A DNA stretch of 32,162 nucleotides, taken from positions 1 to 32,162 of the forward strand of contig JWZX01001831.1 of NCBI GenBank assembly GCA_001275005.1. The letters run 5' to 3'. This document shows, piece by piece, positions 18,948 through 28,926 of this stretch. The notes beneath the pieces are model-generated. The model saw only the letters and a list, made by a program, of their open reading frames with translations, was not told the DNA's origin and searched no databases. How positions within the stretch are numbered: position 1 is the stretch's first letter; every line of letters starts with the position of its first letter. Source of the stretch: Chrysochromulina tobinii (lineage: Eukaryota). A program made the translations under genes and the position numbers.

Positions 18948-19271
18948 TTATTGACCGTCGTCGTCCAGCTTGCTCCTGCGTGCCTGTTGCTCTAGGCGTG
19001 CCCGCTTTCTTAGCGGCTCATCGGGGCCCGTGCTGGCATCGGTATTAGCATCAGCGGCGTCACCTTCGACGCGCTCCCATCTCCAAACCGTCAGATGGCC
19101 CTGCTTGGCCCAGCGCTTTTCCCAGCGACGCACACGGCCGGTGAACGTGGGCCGAAGCTGCTGCTGCTGCTCCTTGTGGCGCGTCGTGTAACCACGTTTG
19201 GTCGGCGCGTCTTCGTAATCCTCTATGCCGATGACGCCCGACTCGCGCCGGGAGCCTGCGCGGCTCAGCAT
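18948..19271 (-). CDS. BCL7-like small protein (candidate SWI/SNF subunit), 107 aa
   Basis: GRVRRWEKRWAKQGHLTVWRWERV matches the BCL7 N-terminal signature VRKWEKKW...LRIFKWVPV. It is followed by an NLS-like PLRKRAR. ATG 19271 in ACCATG context. Confidence 0.65.
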   Translation of the reverse strand: MLSRAGSRRESGVIGIEDYEDAPTKRGYTTRHKEQQQQLRPTFTGRVRRWEKRWAKQGHLTVWRWERVEGDAADANTDASTGPDEPLRKRARLEQQARRSKLDDDGQ

Positions 19272-19545
19272 GGTCACGGCCGCAGTCGGCAAGTCCCAAA
19301 AGGCAAAAAAAGGGGTGAGGGAGCGACGCTGTTCTGCTGCGCGCTCTCCCCGCGTGAGTCGGAACTCACGCGAGAGAAACTGCTGTGAAAACACACACTG
19401 GAGGGCGCCGGGGGCCTCGTGGCATCCCCGACGCCTCCCCGTTTATAATTTCATGATGGTTCGTTAATTTCTCCAAAAGAGCGCCAAACTATCTCGCGAA
19501 CGACATGGCGATTCTCGTCGCGCAAGATTCCCCGCCATCCGACCC

Positions 19546-20613
19546 ATGAATTACGCCGTGCCGTCCATGAGCAAGAGGGCGGAGGAGCTCATGCTCGAAG
19601 TGCAAAGGCTGGCCCGGCTACCGGATGTGGCGCGGTTGGAGTCGGCGCCGCGGCTATCGGTCGGTCTGACGGCACCTCTGTCAACCCAAGTGCCTGCTGC
19701 GCAGGGCGCTGTTCCACGTCTTGCCTCGCCTCCCCTTCGCGGCCGGCCCAGCAGCGGCGGTCCGATGCGGACCCATGAGCGCAGCTCGCAACTGGCCCTC
19801 GATGCTAAGCGACCACCCGTCTACATGGCAGCCGCACCTTCTCGCCTTTCCAGCTCACGCCCATTCCAGGGGCTGACAGACCACTCAGGATACTTGCCGA
19901 GGGCGTCGCCGCCACTACATTTCACAATGCCGCCGGCGTACAGCAATCGCATGTGGTCGCAAATGATGCTGCTGCCGCCGCCGCCGCTTCCGCCGCCGCC
20001 GCTTCCGCCGCCGCAGCTTCCGCCGCCGCAGCTGCCGCCGCTGCCGCTGCCGCCGCTGCCGCAGCTGCCGCAGCTGCCGCAGCTGCCGCAGGTGCGACCG
20101 CCGCAGGGGTCTCACGGGGGCATTCTCACGCCGCATGCGGCAGACCCAGTTGCTGGCAACGACGGCGCTGACGGTCTCGGCGGCGGCCCTGGTCGAGACC
20201 AGCCGCTCCAGTTGTCCAGCAGCTCGTCCACGATCAACCTTGCTCGAGACGAGAATGACGAGGAAGCGGCCGAGTTCCTCTTGAGCCTCTCTCCAGCCAT
20301 AGGCGCACATGCCCTGTCGGCCAAAGCCCTGTCCGCCAGCGTGTCCCTTCTCAACACGCCGGATCTCTCCGTCTTCTACTCGCCCCGCTACAACGACCCG
20401 CTGCTCGGCAGCTCGTCACCATTACCGAACCTTGCTTGTGGTGACGCACTGCCCTCACCGCTCGGGCTCGGGGCCAGGTACGAGTCTGGCGCCTCGTCGG
20501 CTACCAGCTCAAGCCCTCTGGGCCACAGTCCGACTCCGACTACGCAGCAGGTCATGGCCATGGCACCTCCCCGTGCGCAAGGGTGGGGTGCGAGCGAGAG
20601 AACGAGGCGCTGA
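19546..20613 (+). CDS. Low-complexity Pro/Ser-rich hypothetical protein, 355 aa
   Basis: ATG-initiated long ORF, divergent from the BCL7-like gene. Contains PPPPL/PQL repeats and an EEAAEFLLSLS motif. Confidence 0.55.
   Translation: MNYAVPSMSKRAEELMLEVQRLARLPDVARLESAPRLSVGLTAPLSTQVPAAQGAVPRLASPPLRGRPSSGGPMRTHERSSQLALDAKRPPVYMAAAPSRLSSSRPFQGLTDHSGYLPRASPPLHFTMPPAYSNRMWSQMMLLPPPPLPPPPLPPPQLPPPQLPPLPLPPLPQLPQLPQLPQVRPPQGSHGGILTPHAADPVAGNDGADGLGGGPGRDQPLQLSSSSSTINLARDENDEEAAEFLLSLSPAIGAHALSAKALSASVSLLNTPDLSVFYSPRYNDPLLGSSSPLPNLACGDALPSPLGLGARYESGASSATSSSPLGHSPTPTTQQVMAMAPPRAQGWGASERTRR
19971..20091. repeat. Compound CCG/CAG/CTG coding repeat (PPPPL, PPPQL, PQL units)
   Basis: 15-bp units such as CCGCCGCCGCCGCTT and CCGCCGCCGCAGCTT grade into 9-bp CCGCAGCTG units. 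Confidence 0.9.
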
Positions 20614-21248
20614 GCTTCGACATGGCGACGGCACGCATGTGTACAGCTGGGACATGGCGACAGAGCGGCGTCAGAGCGCTGTGGGCAGTGAGAGACGAGA
20701 CATGCAGCAGCAGGTTACCATACCAGACTTGCGGCGTGCGGCCATATCCGCAACAGATCATCACACTGCGCCGGCGACTCGACTCGTGACGGTCACGTTA
20801 CGTCTTCGGCACGACGGACCCCCGCGGGGTCCGGATCGGATATGACATATCGGATATTTTTTGGCGCGCAATGCCAACGGCGCCGCCATGCTCGACCGCA
20901 GCCGGCAGCGCGCCGGGGCGGTACAGGCCTGAGCAACGGCCGCAGCTCAGAGCTCGTGCTTGGAATAGTACACACGTTGCTTGCGCAGTACACACCTCCA
21001 CTCGGATAGACCGGACATGGCATCTTGGGACCTTGACCCAGGGGTAATGGTCTTCATATAGGATAAGCCACCTCTTTAGACTATAAGATTTCTAGTGCGT
21101 ATAGTCTACAGGGGAGAGGCGCGGACGGACGAGGCAGGCGGGGGACCATCGGCCAGCGGGCATCCCGGCAATACCGTTCCACGGTTTCACGTTCCTCTGT
21201 GAAAGGCGCCGAACCGCGAGACCGAAGTTCCTCGCGCGCGATACACCC

Positions 21249-22577
21249 ATGCCACCAGCCTTGCGCACGGTGCACGCGAACCGCAAAGACAATGGCTGGT
21301 ATAGGGCTGACGTCAGTTTCTCAAAGGATATTGCAACTGAATCACATGAATCAGCGACGATCATTTGCCACGTGGACGTGACCACGCCGTGTCAATCCGG
21401 TGTCTGCAGCTACAGGCTTCCGATTCCTGTGGCGAATTGGCAGCCATTCATCAAGTTCGCGGGAAAGGGCAAGTGCGCGAACTGTGTCTGCAGGCACGTC
21501 AAACGCAAGAAGCTGGAAGATGGCGGCGGCCCGGCTTGCACTTGCGGTAATCCCAGCTGCCAGCCAATGAACACCGCACCAGCGCCAATAGAGGCCGCGG
21601 CGGCGGCAGCGGGGACTGCAGCGGCCGCATCTGGCACTGGAGCCGTGGCGGCGAGCTCCAGCGCGCCATTGGCTCGCCTGGTCGTGCCTCTGAGCAGCGC
21701 GTCGCCCTGCACCGACGCTGCGGCGCCTGCTTCGCGCAAGCGGCCCCTTGCTGACTCGGCCATAGAGGTCGCGGTGGCCGCACCCGCACCCGCGACCGCG
21801 CTCGGCAGGGCGGTCGTGCCGTACAGTGCGGCGCGGGGGCGGGCGAGCTCGAAGGTGACAAGCACGGCCAACCAGCTGTACTCCATGCTCGACCTCGGGC
21901 GCGATTTTTTGCGGAGCGCGCCCAACCTAAAGACGCTGGCCGAGCTGCTCGGGAAGCCGCAGACGGACCTGACGCGACCGAATGTGGACTCTTCCAATGC
22001 ATTCTCGCCCCTCCACCAAGCAGTGGCCAAGGGGCTCGTCGAGGCGCTCCCGCTTCTTCTGAGGCACTGGCCACGCGACCGCCCGTTTGCACGCGCCAAG
22101 AAAGGCAAGACGCCCCTGCTGCTGCTCACGACCATGTGTGAGAAGGTGGCCGACCCGCAACGCTCGCCTGTGAATACGGATGAGCTGTGCAAGATGGCGG
22201 AGATGCTGATCGAGGTCGACCCTGAATGCATCGAAACGCCCGACAAGGACGGCTGGACGCCGCTCATGACGGCATGCGAGTGGGGGTGCCTGCCGCTCGT
22301 GCAGCTACTGCTCGAGCGCGGCGCGAGCGTCGAGCCGAAGGACAATCTTCTGATGACCGCGCTGCACTGGAGCGTGCGTGAGGATGACCATCCCGCCCAC
22401 GCGGATGTGATCAGCATCCTTCTTGAGTACGAGGCCGATCCGCACGCTACCGACGATAAAGGGAAGACGCCACTTGCACTCGCCAACGAATATGAGTCTG
22501 CGCCGGCGATCTTGGCAGCACTGCATTCTCAGCCATACGAGACACTGCCGCGCACGAAAGAGGAGGTTAAGTCCGCT

Positions 22578-22637
<60 letters not shown>

Positions 22638-25238
22638 CTGGCGCCTGCCTTGGGACGCAGGCGCCTTCACGGCGCCTCGAAACGCGGGCCATCGACGCTG
22701 AAGCTGCTGATGCCGCCGGACGCACACGCGCCGACGCGTGGGCCGAGCGCTGCGGAGATCCGCGCAGCAGAGGAGGCCGAGATGAACGAGGCCGTCTGCC
22801 AAATCTGCAACGGGGGGTTGGTGGAGGCCGGTAACGAGATCCTGTTTTGCGACGGCGAGAAGTGGGGAGGCCAGTGTGGCGTGGCCGTGCACCAGCGGTG
22901 CTACAAGCTAGGTGTGGTTCCGGCGGGCGACTGGCTCTGCGACGCGTGCGCGCCTCGGCAGCATGACCCGAGTGCCGCCGACGGCACAATGGTCCGCTGC
23001 GAGCTGTGCGAATGTACCTCGGTCCATCCCGAGGGTGGGCGCTGGCAGTCTTTCCCGCTCATGCGCTGCCGGCCGCCGATTTCATCCATGCTTCATCCAT
23101 GCTTCATCCATGCAGCATGTGCCTGGTCCTTTCCGCAAATCTATCGAGATGATGCTCTCGGCGGCGCTTGGGTCTGGGACAAAGAGGGCCAGGCCATCAT
23201 CGAAGACTTGCGTAAACTCAAGCAGCCATGCTATCTGTGCGGGGAAAAGGGTGGCTGCCTGGTGCAGTGTCGACACGGCTCCTCGACCACCGGGTGCAAT
23301 CGGGCTCTCCATCCTCTCTGTGCGCAGATGCAGCAAATGGTGCGTCCCATCGCGCGAAAGGGCGACGAGGTCGGCGCCTTTTGTAGCTGGGCCCACCTAC
23401 CCGCCGCCATCTTCGATGACGAAGATGACGAAGAACTCGCATCAAAGGGGCGTACGGAGCGGCATGAGGAGCTTTTCAAGGTCATTGGGCCAAATGCCGA
23501 TCAACTCGCAAAAATGCTCACGTCGATGCACGACAAGCAGAAGCGCCGCCTCACGCTGCGTGATCTTTTCACAAACCCTCCCTCGTCGGCCGTGAGCGGC
23601 GAGGCGGATCGGAGCCTTCGAGCCTTCTTTGGCACGGGCGCGGGCGCGCCGCCGCCCACGCTCATGCATTTGCTCGCCGTCGCGGGAGGCGCTCGAGAAC
23701 AGCGACTCCTCACTTTCCAAGGGCGCCAGGCGTCGACCACCGACGGGCTGACGATGTTATTGTGCCACGCGGCGCGTGCGCACGCCGAGACCGAGGCGGA
23801 GGCGGAGGCGGCCGTCGCCGAGGCGGCCACCGCCGAAGCCGCGCGTGCTGCAGCACCGCAGTCGAGCGCGAGCGGGGTGGCGATGATGGAAGGGATGGTT
23901 GAGGGTGCGGGTGGAGCGCTGACGCCCCCAAACCTTTGCGATGAGTGCGACGAGGACGAGGACGAGGCGGCGAAGGAACAACCGTATTCTCGCACGTCCA
24001 ACGACGACGCCTCCCAGCTCCGCCTATGTGGGACCACGTGCAGGGGCTGGGGCCTGGGCGGCGAGCTGGGCGACGCGGCCGGCCTCGGCCGGCTGCTCAA
24101 CTGCTGCGAGCATTCGCCCTTTGCGGCGGCTGTACGGGCGGGGTACGTCGAGCGAGCGCTCCTCCTGTACAACGCCTCGCACACTAGCCCGCAGGGCGCC
24201 GGCACGCTGAGTGCGGGGACGAAGTTGACGCCAGTGGAGGAGGACGGCGAGGAGAACGACCGCGGCAGCGTGCCCGCCATGCTCGGCACGGTCGCACACG
24301 CCCTCTTTGAACGGGAGATGAGCGTGAGCATGCGCCATCTGCTGCTGCTGCTCGCGGCACGTGCGGCCCTGCCCACGGCGGGTTCCAAGGCACAGCTGGA
24401 CGCCGCGCAAAATGCGTGTGGCGCACGCGGCTGGTGGCCCGCGGGGCTGACTGACGTAGCCAACGGCGCCGAGCGAAGAACGACCATTCGATGGTCCGAA
24501 AAGGCGGGGCTCTCGAATCTGCCGCCCTTTGTGTACGTCTGCGAGAACGTGATGGTCGACGTGACGCCGCAATGGGCGGCTGGTGCGGCCAACGGCGGCT
24601 GCAAGTGCTGCAAGCCTCTGAGTAAATGCGGCTCTGGCACAAAGCCCGTGTGCACTGACACGTGCAGGGCGTGCCGTGGCAAGCAGCAGGAGTGCGGCTA
24701 TGCGTGCACGTGCATCACCAGCCCGGTAAAGTGCAGGAACCGGAAGCTGCAAGCCGGCCTCGTATGCCCCCTCAAGCTCGAGTACTTTGGGCCCCAGAAG
24801 GGGTGGGGCGTCAAGGCGTGCGAGTTCATCAAGCAGGGCGACTTCGTCATCGAGTACATAGGCGAGGTAATCTCGCATCAGGAAATGGAGCGGCGCTCCG
24901 TCGCATGCGACGAGGAGGACCGCTATGTCTTCACGCTCAATGGCAGAGGTGGCGCTGGAAAAGATCGAGACAAAGACGGATGCTACATCGACGCGCACGC
25001 GGTGCGTAACCTGGCCGCCTTCATCAATTTTGGATGCGCGCCCAATCTTGAGCCGAGGCGCGTGCGGTCGCTCTCGGGCGACAAGCGGCTCGATCGGGTC
25101 GCCTTCTATGCCAAACGTGACATTGAAGCGGGAACGGAGCTCACGTACCGGCGCGACGCGGACGCCGTCTCCAAGGCCAAGCGCTCGATGATCGAGTGCA
25201 AGTGTGGCGCCGGTGCAGTTTGCATGGGCTTTCTCTGA
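21249..25238 (+). CDS. Ankyrin + PHD + extended PHD + Cys-rich pre-SET/AWS + SET + post-SET protein, 1329 aa
   Basis: ANK: SPLHQAV, GKTPL, GWTPLMTAC, MTALHWSV, GKTPLALA. PHD: CQIC...EILFCDG...C...VHQRCY...GDWLCDAC. ePHD: FIHAACAWSFP...CYLC...CLVQC...C...HPLCAQ. SET: KGWGV, EYIGEV, NLAAFINFGCAPN, ELTYRR. Post-SET: CKCGAGAVC. Confidence 0.9.
22578..22637. repeat. Perfect (GCC)20 microsatellite within a 21-Ala tract
   Basis: GCT followed by 20 uninterrupted GCC codons, between the ankyrin and PHD regions. Confidence 0.95.
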
Positions 25239-25707
25239 CGCGCGCATAAATGAGTTGAGGTCGAAGCAGCGGGTGCGCACACGCCGGGCAAGCCAGTGGG
25301 TGAGCACACGGCCGCCGCGGCGTGCACGCCAATCCCCCGCCGCCCGAGTGTGGGTGTGTGGCACGTGGGGCGCGTCGGTAGAACATGATACATGTCCATG
25401 TGAAGTGTCTTTATTTGCGTGCGGACTCGTTTCCAGAAGTAACAGGATACACGTCGGACGAGTATTACGGATTATCAGGTCGGGCAAACACATCTCGCGG
25501 GGAACAGGGACGCCCGGCTCCAGGCATGCAACGAGTCAAGCCTCCGCTCCGCTTAATCCACGACGACCGCGGCTCCCGCTCGCTCCCACACGCTCTCCGA
25601 ACTCGAGATGCCGTCCGGGGGGTTATCCGGGGGGCGTGGGCCCCGCAGGAGCAACGAGCGAGAGCACACGCAGGGAATGAAGCGTGTAAGCGTGTTCGGA
25701 ATTGGGG

Positions 25708-28167
25708 TCAATCGTCATAGTGAAAGTCGCGCTCCAGAAACCTCTCGTCGAGCGCCTTGTTCGGAGAATCCCGCCGGAGCAGTGCTCCGAGTGCTCCAAC
25801 GCTCACTGTCACGTAGAGCGATCCGATCGCTACGTCGTCGCCCTGCGCATTGGAACCGAGCAACGTGAGGGGCGTGCTAGCGTCGACGTCGACCCTCGCC
25901 GCCACCTGCTCATGCAGGTTGACATAAGCTTCGCCGAGGTAGAGCGCCGCCTGCGGCGGGTCGTTCACCGATGCACCAAAGAGCGAGAAGACGACGTCTG
26001 ACTCGTTATCCGCCTCCGCACCGCTCCGGAGGAGCGCAACGAGCTCGGCAGCCAGCGGGCCACTGCGCAGCTCGAGGGTGGCAGGCGGCGCATCAAAGCG
26101 TAACGGCTCACCCACAGCTGGCAGCGGTAGTCGTCGCGTGGCTGCGGAGAGCAGTCGCCCTCCTGCAATCTCAACCACAACCCATGCGAGCTGCACGCGG
26201 GGATGGCGATGAAGGGCCTCTGACAGCACAGCCGAGTGCACCGTGATTGCCAGGCGCGACGACGAGGGCGGCTGGATGGCTCGCGGTGACGCGGCGACGG
26301 CGGCCGAGGACTTGCTCCCATTGTGGCGAGCCGTAGCCGGCTGCTGCCCCACAGTGGCCGGCTGCTGCCGCCCAGTGGCTGCTGCCGGCGAGGGGGCAGC
26401 TCGCTGTGCTGCCACGGCCAGTGAGCGGAGCTTGGAGAAGTCACGCTCGTCGCGGCGAAGTGCAGCCTCGAGGCGCCCCCAGTGCGCGCGAATAATGCTC
26501 TGCACTCGCACCGCTGCTGCCGTAAGCCGCTCACGCTCCCTCCGCCTCTCCTGCCGCGCCGCCGACACTAGCGCTTTCTCTTGACGCATGCGGGCTTCGT
26601 CAGTCCGCCGGACCTCGAGCGCGCGCGCGAACTGCGCGCGAGCCCATGATCCGCGCGCCGCCGCCTGCAGCCGCAACGCTGCACGCCGCCGCTGGTTATG
26701 GCCGCGCTTCGAGAGCGGGGGCGCGTGGGCAGGCGCAGCAGCTTCCGCCATGGCATGGTCGGTCGACTGCACCTTGGGGGCGGAAGAGCTCTCGGCGTGC
26801 CTCAGCCGATCGAGCAACGCCTCTTCTCGATACGCCGCGCCCAGCTGCTTCTCAGCCACAGCTGCACGACGCTCTGCGAGCCGCCCGCGCGCCGAATACG
26901 CCCGCGCCGCACGCTGCAACGTGAGCACTGCGCCGCGCAGCCGTAGCCGCTCGCGCACAGCCACTCGCGCTGCGTGCGACGCCTCAGCTGCCTCGTGCCG
27001 GCTGAGGCTGGCCGCGCGGCGCGCGAGCCGTCCGCGCGCCGCAGCCTGCACGCGGAGAGTCGCTGCGAGCGCGCGCAGCTGCATCTTCGTGTCCAGAGCC
27101 GCGCGCGTCGCGACAGTTTGTTGCCGCCGTCGTCGCTGCACACGCTCAGCCTCCGCGCGCTGCCGTGCGGCGTCTGCTCGTTTTCGGCCTCGGCGGCCAC
27201 GGGCGATGCGCTGCAGCACGAGCACAGCGCGCGAACGGGCGAGGTGCGCGTCTACCTGCCGGCGAGCCGCGGCCTGCGCACGTAAGCGAACCACGTTTGG
27301 TACGCCGCGGCGCACACCGAAACCGCGTAGCGCAGCCTGGAGCGCGGCGGCAGCACTGCGATTGCGCATGGCGCCGAGGCGTGCGTGCACCTCAGCCCGC
27401 ACCGCAGCGGCTTCGGCACGCTTGCGCGTGGCGGCCGCCGTTACGGCGAGGCGACGCACCTCCATCTGCCGCCGAGCGAGAAAGCCACGACCCACACGCT
27501 GAATCTCATGAACTGCCTTGTCCTGCTGACGCTGCACGTCCCGGTCGCGGCGCGCGGCACGGCGCGCCTGCCGCTCGGCAACGCGCTGCCGCTCGTTGCG
27601 CTCGCGATCGAGCTCGCGCACGGAGAGGGCTCGAATGTATTCGATGCGCGTGCGCAGCGCCCGCACGCGCGCCTGGATACGTGCCGCGGCTGCCTCGGGC
27701 TGCGAACGCTCAAAGTCCGCCTTGGCGCGCTCGAGATCGGCCCGCTCGCGGCGCACGACAGCTGCCTCGTGCGCCGCCTTCGCCCGATCCGCCTCGACCG
27801 ATGCCCGCTCGTCGGCGAGCGCGGCAATCAACGCCTCTAGCTGCTCTCGCTCCCGTGCCACCCCATATGGCTCCGTGCGCAAGGCCCTCGCAAAATTGGA
27901 GGGCAGCGTCGGGGTGTCGCCCGTGCCGGCTCGTTGCTGCGCGCGGGCGAGCGCGTCCTGCGCAAGATGCGCCATCTTCTGCGGCTCGGCGATGAGGAGT
28001 TCAACGAAGGCATCAAAGGCAGCCCGTTGCGCAGGTGGCTTGAGCCCCAGCGGAGACCCACCAGGCGAACCAGAGGCTCCAAGACGCCGTGCGGCAGATC
28101 GGCGGGCGTGCGAGGCAAAGTGCACGTCTTCCGGAGCGGGCAGAAGGCCAAGGACTCGTCTACTCAT
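25708..28167 (-). CDS. IQ-motif repeat protein with a C-terminal RPGRIP1/RPGRIP1L-type C2 (RID-like) domain, ~819 aa
   Basis: Eight IQ-like motifs: IQARVRA, IQRVGRGFLARR, LQAALRGFGVRR, LQRIARGRRGRK, VQAAARGRLARR, LQRAARAYSAR, LQAAARGSWAR, VQSIIRAHWGR. The C-terminus VVFSLF...DPP...LGEAYVNL...IGSLYVTV...AL resembles the RPGRIP1 C-terminal C2. Likely ATG 28167; upstream exons are not excluded. Confidence 0.75.
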   Translation of the reverse strand: MSRRVLGLLPAPEDVHFASHARRSAARRLGASGSPGGSPLGLKPPAQRAAFDAFVELLIAEPQKMAHLAQDALARAQQRAGTGDTPTLPSNFARALRTEPYGVAREREQLEALIAALADERASVEADRAKAAHEAAVVRRERADLERAKADFERSQPEAAAARIQARVRALRTRIEYIRALSVRELDRERNERQRVAERQARRAARRDRDVQRQQDKAVHEIQRVGRGFLARRQMEVRRLAVTAAATRKRAEAAAVRAEVHARLGAMRNRSAAAALQAALRGFGVRRGVPNVVRLRAQAAARRQVDAHLARSRAVLVLQRIARGRRGRKRADAARQRAEAERVQRRRRQQTVATRAALDTKMQLRALAATLRVQAAARGRLARRAASLSRHEAAEASHAARVAVRERLRLRGAVLTLQRAARAYSARGRLAERRAAVAEKQLGAAYREEALLDRLRHAESSSAPKVQSTDHAMAEAAAPAHAPPLSKRGHNQRRRAALRLQAAARGSWARAQFARALEVRRTDEARMRQEKALVSAARQERRRERERLTAAAVRVQSIIRAHWGRLEAALRRDERDFSKLRSLAVAAQRAAPSPAAATGRQQPATVGQQPATARHNGSKSSAAVAASPRAIQPPSSSRLAITVHSAVLSEALHRHPRVQLAWVVVEIAGGRLLSAATRRLPLPAVGEPLRFDAPPATLELRSGPLAAELVALLRSGAEADNESDVVFSLFGASVNDPPQAALYLGEAYVNLHEQVAARVDVDASTPLTLLGSNAQGDDVAIGSLYVTVSVGALGALLRRDSPNKALDERFLERDFHYDD

Positions 28168-28926
28168 GGACTCGGACAGCACTCGCCGGAGAGGAGGTTG
28201 GCTGGAAGACGCGGAGAATTTGGCTGTGAATGGGCTACAATCGACCACCTGAAACCCGAAGAATCGGCGACGCCTCTTAGGCCATCGGGTACCTCGAACC
28301 GCGCCCAATGGCCGCGCCGCGGCGCCGGACGGGGGTCCGGTGCGTGGGATGGGGACACGCGGGCGGAGACAGCGGACACCGGACCGTCGCGCGGCGGTGC
28401 GGCAGGAGCCGAGGGAAACCGATCCGCTAATCCGTCTGTTGCAATAGTAAAATTTCACACACGTCGGGGAACTTAAGGGGAACTGGGGAACGCGGATATA
28501 TAACCTGTCCCCTCCGATTCGCAGTCTCTTCAGGGGATTCACCATGGCCGCGGCCCGCGGCGCGGCTCGGCTGATAGGAGCCGTCAGCCCGGAGCGGCAC
28601 GACAAACACGGAACATTGGCGTGGTGCTTTTGGTGGGGCGGGCGGCGCGTGCTTGGTGCCGCGACGGCGGTGAGACCACAGGCTTCCTACCTCCCCACAG
28701 TATTTGAAACCCTCCGCACCGCGTTTTAATGCTGGTGAGGCACTCAGATGGGGCCATTGCCTGACCTTAGTCCTCTCCATCTGTGCGAACGACGGGCAGA
28801 ATAGCATCGCGTGACTGTCGGAGTCTCGAATTCGTGAGTGCATGCGACCGGGCGGGCTCGCATCCGAGAACTCTGTGGTTGGCACGGACAGAGTCGCCCT
28901 TCGAAATCAATTGCAATCATTGACGA

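Noticed and set aside
23501..25493. Long antisense ORFs (393 aa, 489 aa) and the many other overlapping ORFs in the track
   Set aside because: Shadow ORFs expected opposite high-GC coding sequence; no recognisable motifs.
28168..28605. 146-codon N-terminal extension of the IQ-C2 ORF
   Set aside because: GTG start, and it runs through the non-coding-like island with atypical composition; ATG 28167 or an upstream spliced exon is more likely.
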